From: an uncultured Gammaproteobacteria bacterium
GTDB lineage: Bacteria > Patescibacteriota > Patescibacteriia > UBA2591 > UBA6264
Reading direction: 5' to 3'
DNA length: 64,000 nt
NCBI GenBank assembly: GCA_964580825.1
Contig: CAZOLB010000001.1
Coordinates: forward strand, 3,066-67,065
Positions 57,518 through 64,000 of the stretch are shown here, one piece after another. Numbering within the stretch: the stretch's first letter is position 1; every line of letters begins with the position of its first letter. The notes under the pieces were generated by a model. The model saw only the letters and a program-made list of their open reading frames with translations, did not search any database and was not told the origin of the DNA. Both the position numbers and the translations under genes were made by a program.

Positions 57518-58483
57518 ATGATTAAAAAGGGTGTTATAAATTCGGAATTGATTGTCGCCGGCGACGGAAGCGTATATCATCTCAATTTGAAAAAAAGCGA
57601 TAATCTGCCAAAAGACATTTTTTTAGTCGGCGACCCGCAAAGAGCTTACCAATTAGCCGGATATTTTGATAATAAAAAAATTATTTTTGAAAGAAAAAAT
57701 CGGGAATTTGTCACTTTAGTCGGTTTTTATAAAAAAATTCCGATAACAGTTATCGGCACTGGTATCGGGCCGGGCAACGCGGAAATCGTCGGAACTGAAT
57801 TGCACATTTTAAATGAATACGACCATAAAAGAAAAATTTGGGAAAAAAACTTTTCTCCCTTAAATATTATCCGTCTGGGTACGGCCGGATCGGCGCAAAA
57901 AAATATCGCCGTCGGCAGTCTGGCCATCTCCCAATACGCCATTGGTTTGGACAATATCGGCATTTTTTATCCTCATACTTCAACGGATCCGATTATTAAA
58001 GCCGTACAAAAAAAACTTAACCGCACTAAAATAGCAAAAGTCCATCCATACGTGACGGCCGGTTCGCCTGAAATAATCAAAGCCCTAATTCAAAGCTGTC
58101 AAAATATCGGATTAAAACAAAACAAAAAACGGGGTTTTTATTGCGGTCTGACTTGTTCAGCGCCGGGATTCTACGGACCGCAAGGCAGAAAAATCGGCCG
58201 AATCGGCAAAATTCTGATCCCTGATCTGCAAAAAATTTTAGAAACTCTTAATGTCAATAATTTAAAAGTAATCAATAACGAGATGGAAACGAGCGCCATT
58301 TTTAGAATCTTGGGAGAAATCCTTAATTATAAAACCGGTTCGATTTGCGCCGTTATCGCCAATCGAAATAAAAAAGAAGTCGTTTCGCCTCAAGAATACG
58401 AAAAAGCCGTCAATCGCTGTCTTAAAGTTGGTTTAGAGGCGATGAAAATATTAAACTCCGCCGCAAAAACTTTAATGAAATAA
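57518..58483 (+). CDS. Nucleoside phosphorylase, PNP/UDP family 1 (uridine/purine nucleoside phosphorylase-like)
   Basis: 321 aa. The glycine-rich phosphate-binding region is TVIGTGIGPGNAEI. The NEMETSAIF motif is characteristic of PNP_UDP_1 enzymes. Substrate specificity cannot be assigned from sequence. Confidence 0.65.
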   Translation: MIKKGVINSELIVAGDGSVYHLNLKKSDNLPKDIFLVGDPQRAYQLAGYFDNKKIIFERKNREFVTLVGFYKKIPITVIGTGIGPGNAEIVGTELHILNEYDHKRKIWEKNFSPLNIIRLGTAGSAQKNIAVGSLAISQYAIGLDNIGIFYPHTSTDPIIKAVQKKLNRTKIAKVHPYVTAGSPEIIKALIQSCQNIGLKQNKKRGFYCGLTCSAPGFYGPQGRKIGRIGKILIPDLQKILETLNVNNLKVINNEMETSAIFRILGEILNYKTGSICAVIANRNKKEVVSPQEYEKAVNRCLKVGLEAMKILNSAAKTLMK

Positions 58484-58505
58484 ATTAATAGAAATAAATA
58501 AAAAA

Positions 58506-58545
58506 ATGGCCTAACAATAACAGTAGGTCATTTTTTTATTTTGGG
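58506..58545. terminator. Bidirectional terminator between the convergent nucleoside phosphorylase and mnmA genes
   Basis: aaaaaaATGGCCTA-(10 nt)-TAGGTCATttttttt. The stem has one G·U pair and is flanked by an A-run and a T-run. Confidence 0.45.
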
Positions 58546-58563
58546 GAAATTTTAAACTTTGAT

Positions 58564-59676
58564 TTACTCGACTATTATTCCGCCGCCTAAAACCTCTTCG
58601 CCAGCGTAAAAAACCGCTGATTGGCCGGGGGTAACGGCGCGCTGGGCTCTTTTAAATTCCGCCTTTAATTCTTTGGCGGACAAAATCCGTTCAGAAAATT
58701 TTACCAAAACGCCCGGATGTTGATATCTTATTTTAACCGTTATTTTTCCGTCTTTTTTTATTTTTTCTCTATTAAGCCAATTTATATCTTTAATTGAAAA
58801 ATATTTTTTGTATAAGTCTTTTTCCCGTCCCACAATTAACGCATTGTTTTTTTTATCTATCTTAATTACATAAAAGGGCCTGTTTAAACCGCTTAACAAG
58901 CCTTTTCTCTGGCCGACAGTATAAAAAGGCAAACCCCGATGTTCGCCTAAAATACAACTCTGTAAATCCTTAATTGGCCCGTTCTTAATGCCGCAAAAAT
59001 CGCACAGCCGTGAATCTTTGACAGCGGATTTTTTAAAGAATTTTCTAAGAAAATTTCGATAGTCGTTGTCGGGAATAAAACAAATTTCCCGCGATTCTTT
59101 TTGCCCCTTGATTGCCAAATTATTTTTCGCGGCAATCCTTTTAACTTCATTCTTAGTCAAGTCGCCCAAAGGAAAAATGATTCTTTTTAACTGATTTTGT
59201 TTTAAGCGATACAAAAAATACGACTGATCCCGAGTTTCATCTTTAGCTTTTTTTAAAACAAATTTTGAAAATTGAGAATTAGGAATTGAAAATTCACGCG
59301 TTACACGCGCGTAGTGTCCGGTTGCCAGATAATCAGCGCCTAATTTTCTCGCCCGTTTTAATAATAAACCGAATTTTATTTTTTCATTACACCAAACGCA
59401 GGGATTGGGAGTTTTTCCATTCAGATATTCGCGGCAAAACGGCTGAATAATTCTCTTTTTAAACTCATTTTTTAAATTAACCGTATAATGAGGGATTCTC
59501 AATCTTCTACAAATAATTTTTGCGTCTCTAACCGCTTGTCTTTCAAAGTCGCCCAATAACATTGTCAGGCCAAAAACTTGATATTTTTTCAATAATAAAA
59601 AGGCGGCGACCGACGAGTCGACACCGCCCGACATCGCCACGGCCACAATACTGCTTTCCTTATTCTTTCTGGCCAT
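58564..59676 (-). CDS. mnmA: tRNA-specific 2-thiouridylase
   Basis: PP-loop (VAVAMSGGVDSSVAAFLL) and catalytic cysteines (…PNPCVWCN…, …EICFIP…), with full-length MnmA similarity. Confidence 0.9.
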   Translation of the reverse strand: MARKNKESSIVAVAMSGGVDSSVAAFLLLKKYQVFGLTMLLGDFERQAVRDAKIICRRLRIPHYTVNLKNEFKKRIIQPFCREYLNGKTPNPCVWCNEKIKFGLLLKRARKLGADYLATGHYARVTREFSIPNSQFSKFVLKKAKDETRDQSYFLYRLKQNQLKRIIFPLGDLTKNEVKRIAAKNNLAIKGQKESREICFIPDNDYRNFLRKFFKKSAVKDSRLCDFCGIKNGPIKDLQSCILGEHRGLPFYTVGQRKGLLSGLNRPFYVIKIDKKNNALIVGREKDLYKKYFSIKDINWLNREKIKKDGKITVKIRYQHPGVLVKFSERILSAKELKAEFKRAQRAVTPGQSAVFYAGEEVLGGGIIVE

Positions 59677-60073
59677 TTTTCTTTTGATAATCCTCTATCG
59701 CCGCTTTAAGTGCTTGCTCGGCCAAAACCGTGCAATGATATTTATGAGTGGGCATCTCTCCCAGAACCTCTTTAATCTTCTTATTCGATATTACCAACGC
59801 CTCGGTAATAGTTTTTCCTTTAACCAATTCGGTTAAAACCGAAGTCGAAGCAATTGCGGCAGCGCAACCGTAAGTTAAAAACTTGGCGTCAGTTATTTTA
59901 CCGTCCTTCACTTTAATATAAAAATCCATAATATCTCCGCATGTCGGATTGCCGACATGGCCGACGGCGTCAGCGTCGTCAATTTTGCCCACGTTCCGCG
60001 GATGGAGAAAATGATCCATTATTTGGCTATTTTCATCAAAACAACCCATATATTTATAAATTCTAAAATCCAA
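59660..60073 (-). CDS. iscU: Fe-S cluster assembly scaffold, IscU/SufU/NifU-N-like
   Basis: Three conserved Cys (NPTCGD, …TYGCAAAIAS…, …HCTVLA…). It lies immediately downstream of the cysteine desulfurase gene. Confidence 0.8.
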   Translation of the reverse strand: MDFRIYKYMGCFDENSQIMDHFLHPRNVGKIDDADAVGHVGNPTCGDIMDFYIKVKDGKITDAKFLTYGCAAAIASTSVLTELVKGKTITEALVISNKKIKEVLGEMPTHKYHCTVLAEQALKAAIEDYQKKNGQKE

Positions 60074-60132
60074 ATTCCAAATCCTAAAAAATTTGAAATT
60101 ATTTATAACCTTTTAACGTTTATTTTAAATTT

Positions 60133-61329
60133 TTAATTTTTTATTTTCAAAGGGGAAATATTTCTTAATCTTTCAACCACAAAAATTAATTTTTGAACCG
60201 TATAATCCAAATCTCTTTTTTGAGTCCAACGGCCAAGCGTAAAACGCAAAGAAGAATGAGCCAACTCGGGTCCCAGTCCTATGGCCATTAAAACGTGGGA
60301 CGGCTCCAAGGTGGCTGAAGAACAAGCCGATCCAGTAGAACAAGCGATACCAAAACGATCCAGGTCAATCAACATCGATTCCCCTTCGATGCCCTTGATA
60401 CTCACATTGACATTATTGGCCAACCTTGTTTTCGGCTGGCCGTTTAAACGGCTTTCTTTAACGCTTTTTAAAATTTTTTCAATTAAATAATCTCTTAATC
60501 CGCTCAGCCGTTTTATTTCTTTATCCATTTCTTTGTCCGCCAGTTCTACCGCCTTGGCAAATCCGACAATACCGGGAATATTTTCTGTGGAAGCGCGACG
60601 GCCTCGTTCATGCTCTCCACCATGGACCAAAGATTCGATTTTAATTCCTTTTTTTAGAAAAAGTAAGCCGACTCCTTTAGGCCCATAAAGCTTGTGCGCC
60701 GAAGCTGAAAGCATGTCAACAGACAAATCATTAACGTCAATCGGTATATGTCCAAAAGTCTGAACCGCATCGGTATGAAAATAAATAGGAAAATTGATTC
60801 CTTCTTTTTTCCTTCTTTCTCTTTCTCTCCGGACAATTTCACCGATTTCTTTAATTGGCTGAATAGTCCCTATTTCATTATTGGCGTGCATGACGGAAAT
60901 CAAAACCGTTTCATTTTTTATTTCTTTTTCCAATCTCGACAAATCAATCAACCCATGTTCATCAACCGGCGAATAAAAAATTTCCGCGCCTTGTTTTTCT
61001 AAAAATTTGCAGGTCTCCAAAACGGCATGATGTTCTATTCTTGAAACGATAAAATGCGAACGAGAAATTTTTAAAGAATAAAAAAGCCCTTTTAAAACTA
61101 AATTATCCGATTCGGTGCCACCGGAAGTAAAAATAATTTCCTCCGGTTCGGCTTTAATAAAACTAGCGATTTCTTCTCTTGCTTTATTCATCGCCTTTCT
61201 GGCCATTTGGCCAACCTCGTGTAAACTTGAAGCATTACCGTAAATTTTTAAAAAATATGGCTTCATCGCCTTGAGCACCCGCGGATCAGTTGGCGTCGTC
61301 GCCGCGTAGTCAAGATATATTCTTCTCAT
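60133..61329 (-). CDS. iscS: Cysteine desulfurase (class V aminotransferase, NifS/IscS type)
   Basis: PLP-lysine (SASAHKLYGPKG) and active-site Cys loop (GSACSS), with full-length similarity. Confidence 0.9.
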   Translation of the reverse strand: MRRIYLDYAATTPTDPRVLKAMKPYFLKIYGNASSLHEVGQMARKAMNKAREEIASFIKAEPEEIIFTSGGTESDNLVLKGLFYSLKISRSHFIVSRIEHHAVLETCKFLEKQGAEIFYSPVDEHGLIDLSRLEKEIKNETVLISVMHANNEIGTIQPIKEIGEIVRRERERRKKEGINFPIYFHTDAVQTFGHIPIDVNDLSVDMLSASAHKLYGPKGVGLLFLKKGIKIESLVHGGEHERGRRASTENIPGIVGFAKAVELADKEMDKEIKRLSGLRDYLIEKILKSVKESRLNGQPKTRLANNVNVSIKGIEGESMLIDLDRFGIACSTGSACSSATLEPSHVLMAIGLGPELAHSSLRFTLGRWTQKRDLDYTVQKLIFVVERLRNISPLKIKN

Positions 61330-61466
61330 AATTCTAGTATAATATTATTATCCGAACGCTACAAATAATAATATAAATCCATATCATTATTATATTATTA
61401 CATCAATCATTATATTATAAACTTACAAATCCTGTCAATCTCCGTTTAAAAATCCCTTTTTAAAAG

Positions 61467-61495
61467 TTTGGGAACTTAGTTCCCAAACTTTCTTA
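61467..61495 (-). terminator. Rho-independent terminator after the EndoQ-like gene
   Basis: AAAGTTTGGGAAC-TTA-GTTCCCAAACTTT gives a 13-bp perfect stem. It is followed on the minus strand by UUUUAAAAAG. Confidence 0.5.
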
Positions 61496-61501
61496 TTGGA
61501 A

Positions 61502-62791
61502 TTAAAACAAACTTTTCTGATTGCGCGGCGTCTTCTTTTTTCTGACTATTTCTCTTTTTATCTCAGGCTTTCCAAAAATGCCGATTTCCCCATAAACGCC
61601 GTCATATCCCGGTTTAATAAACAATTCTTCTCGCCTAACCCGATCTATCCCTTGTATAATTCTCTCGTCAATCCCCTTGGATTTCATTTCCGCCAAAGGA
61701 CAATCTATTAGGATAAAAAGTTCATTACCCAAAATTTTAACCATCTTAAAATAAGCATCCATCACCGTCCGCGATTCGCGCGTTTTAATCTCAAAAGACT
61801 GAGCGATAATTTTATCCAATTCAATTAATCTTTTGTATCTCGGTTTATTCTTGGGCGTATATCCCAACTCACGATCGGCCAACTCCTCCACCCGATAACT
61901 AACCCCTGCCGTCAAAGGTTTTTTACATTTTGGACAAATACCTTTATATTTAACCGTCTGTTTTGGCTCTAAAGAAACGCCGCAATCCCGATGGCCGTCA
62001 AAATGATACCGCCCTTCTTCGGGAAAAAATTCAATAGTGTATAAAAATTTGTTAATATCCTTTTGTTTTAAAATCCTAATCAACTCGTCATAAGAAAAAT
62101 CCGCTTCTTTAATTTCAAAAACATTCGCTTCCCGGCCGATATTCTTCAATGAATGGGAATCGGAATTAGAAACCAAAATATATGGATCAAGAGCCGAAAC
62201 CCGCCAATTCATCGGCGGATCGGAACTAATGCCGGTTTCCAAAGCGAAAATATACGGCGCCATATCTTCAAAACACTCTTTAATGCTATTGAAGCCGGAT
62301 TTTGAACCAAATAAAGAAAACCAAGGAGTCCAAATATGCGCCGGAATAATCTCTATTTTTTCATCAACGCTTTTTACCAATTCCAGAAAATTTCTATCAG
62401 ATAATCCCAAAATTGGCCGGCCATCCGATTTTAAATTAAAACCCCTATCTTGCAGGGTTTTATTTAATTTCTTGACCGCTTCAATAGAGGGCGCTAAAAC
62501 AATTTCATGAACTCTCCTGGTTTTTTCATTCTTTCGATAAATAAACGACAGTTCGGTGGTAAAAATAAAATAAACGCTTTTGACGCTGTTTTTAAGCCGA
62601 TAAAAGCCATTGCCGACCGCGGTCAATTGTTCTTCACACTCCTTAATCCAAGTCGGATGAGTAAAATCGGCTGTAGTCAACAAATTAACTCCCTTAATCT
62701 CGCCCCATTTTTCAAGATTAGGCAAAGTTAATTGAGGGGAACAAGCCCGAGAAAAACGAGAATGATTATGAATATCGGCTATAACGCGCAT
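61502..62791 (-). CDS. PHP-domain nuclease of the Endonuclease Q (EndoQ, TIGR00375-like) family with C-terminal zinc finger
   Basis: The N-terminus RVIADIHNHSRFSRACSP matches the EndoQ PHP metal-binding start (DLHIHSRYSRA). Further His/Asp ligands are spread along the protein. The zinc finger is CPKCKKPL. Confidence 0.65.
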   Translation of the reverse strand: MRVIADIHNHSRFSRACSPQLTLPNLEKWGEIKGVNLLTTADFTHPTWIKECEEQLTAVGNGFYRLKNSVKSVYFIFTTELSFIYRKNEKTRRVHEIVLAPSIEAVKKLNKTLQDRGFNLKSDGRPILGLSDRNFLELVKSVDEKIEIIPAHIWTPWFSLFGSKSGFNSIKECFEDMAPYIFALETGISSDPPMNWRVSALDPYILVSNSDSHSLKNIGREANVFEIKEADFSYDELIRILKQKDINKFLYTIEFFPEEGRYHFDGHRDCGVSLEPKQTVKYKGICPKCKKPLTAGVSYRVEELADRELGYTPKNKPRYKRLIELDKIIAQSFEIKTRESRTVMDAYFKMVKILGNELFILIDCPLAEMKSKGIDERIIQGIDRVRREELFIKPGYDGVYGEIGIFGKPEIKREIVRKKKTPRNQKSLF

Positions 62792-62931
62792 AGCGACAAT
62801 TTTAGTTAAAAAAACAAAATAAGTCCAGAGACAAATAAATCAAAAATAAAAATAGGCCTATTATTTTTCTCTTGTTTTCCGTTTTAAATGGACTGTTTTT
62901 AAAATTCGTATTCGACCTATTCCAGTGCAAA

Positions 62932-63044
62932 ATTCTCGGCATCGACCTACTCTCGCCCTTACAGACTACCATCGGCCCTAGAGAGCTTAACTTCTGTGTT
63001 CGAGATGGGAACAGGTGTAACCTCTCTGGTAAAGACACCGAGAA
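62932..63044 (-). rRNA. rrf: 5S ribosomal RNA
   Basis: The minus strand matches the 5S consensus (…ACCUGUUCCCAUCUCGAACACAGAAGUUAAGCUCUCUAGGGCCGAUGGUAGUCUGUAAGGGCGAGAGUAGGUCGAUGCCGAGAA). Helix I is formed by 5' UUCUCGGUGUC and 3' GAUGCCGAGAA. Confidence 0.85.
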
Positions 63045-63299
63045 TATTGCACTTAAATCGGCGATAAGACGAATAAAAAACAGAAATAAAATTCGAAAAT
63101 CAAAATATTATATGCCTATTTTTACTAATCCTAATTTTCAATCCTTCTCATTTCAATATAATCCGCTTAGGGACTAAAACCCTAAATTGCGGCATTGTGA
63201 GTTAAATGGTGAATTAGAAATTTGACCTATTAGGACTTCTCGGCTAAATTTGTTGCCAAACTTACACCTAAAGCCTATATACCCGGTAATCTTCCGGGG

Positions 63300-64000
<701 letters not shown>

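Noticed and set aside
56378-57580. Small minus-strand ORFs (66-108 aa) overlapping tRNA-Leu genes and plsC
   Set aside because: They overlap confidently folded tRNAs or lie antisense to plsC. They are artefacts.

Overview
This is an AT-rich (~35-40% GC), tightly packed bacterial window; rRNA and tRNA genes stand out as GC-rich islands. Roughly 80% is core information-processing genes, almost all on the minus strand. They comprise recA, ftsK, rpoC and rpoB, an scpAB pair, alaS, and a long S10/spc/secY ribosomal-protein block (rpsJ through rplO, then secY-adk-map) preceded by ndk-tuf. Further along are a split comEC, prfB with its programmed +1 frameshift, htrA, anaerobic ribonucleotide reductase nrdDG, metG and rsmI. 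The last part of the window carries dnaJ and a tRNA/rpmG cluster, plus-strand genes (phosphoesterase, tRNA-Leu, plsC, tRNA-Leu, a nucleoside phosphorylase), then mnmA, iscU, iscS and an Endonuclease-Q-like gene. The window ends inside an rRNA operon: 5S and the 3' part of 23S on the minus strand, with 23S interrupted by a group I intron. Several traits point to a Candidate Phyla Radiation / Patescibacteria-type small genome. There is no rpmD between rpsE and rplO, several r-proteins carry basic tails, AlaRS and MetRS are short, ribonucleotide reduction is anaerobic-only, and the rRNA has an intron. This placement is inferred from these features; no database comparison was run. Accessory or unusual content has five parts. 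(1) Three paralogous FtsK/HerA-superfamily ATPases, related to type IV coupling proteins and DUF87, occur; two sit in tandem downstream of two uncharacterised membrane proteins, and two of the three end in a conserved Cys4 zinc ribbon. (2) An IS200/IS605-like HUH tyrosine-transposase gene is flanked by near-identical perfect palindromic hairpins, next to tRNA-Arg and a decayed tRNA copy. (3) A family of related palindromic ACGAAT-box elements fills unusually long spacers inside the ribosomal-protein operon. (4) A ~250-nt structured small RNA with its own promoter and terminator lies between map and ruvX. (5) A GC-rich hairpin followed by a T-run sits in the odd 227-bp gap upstream of rplC. Manually derived coordinates are accurate to about ±2 nt.
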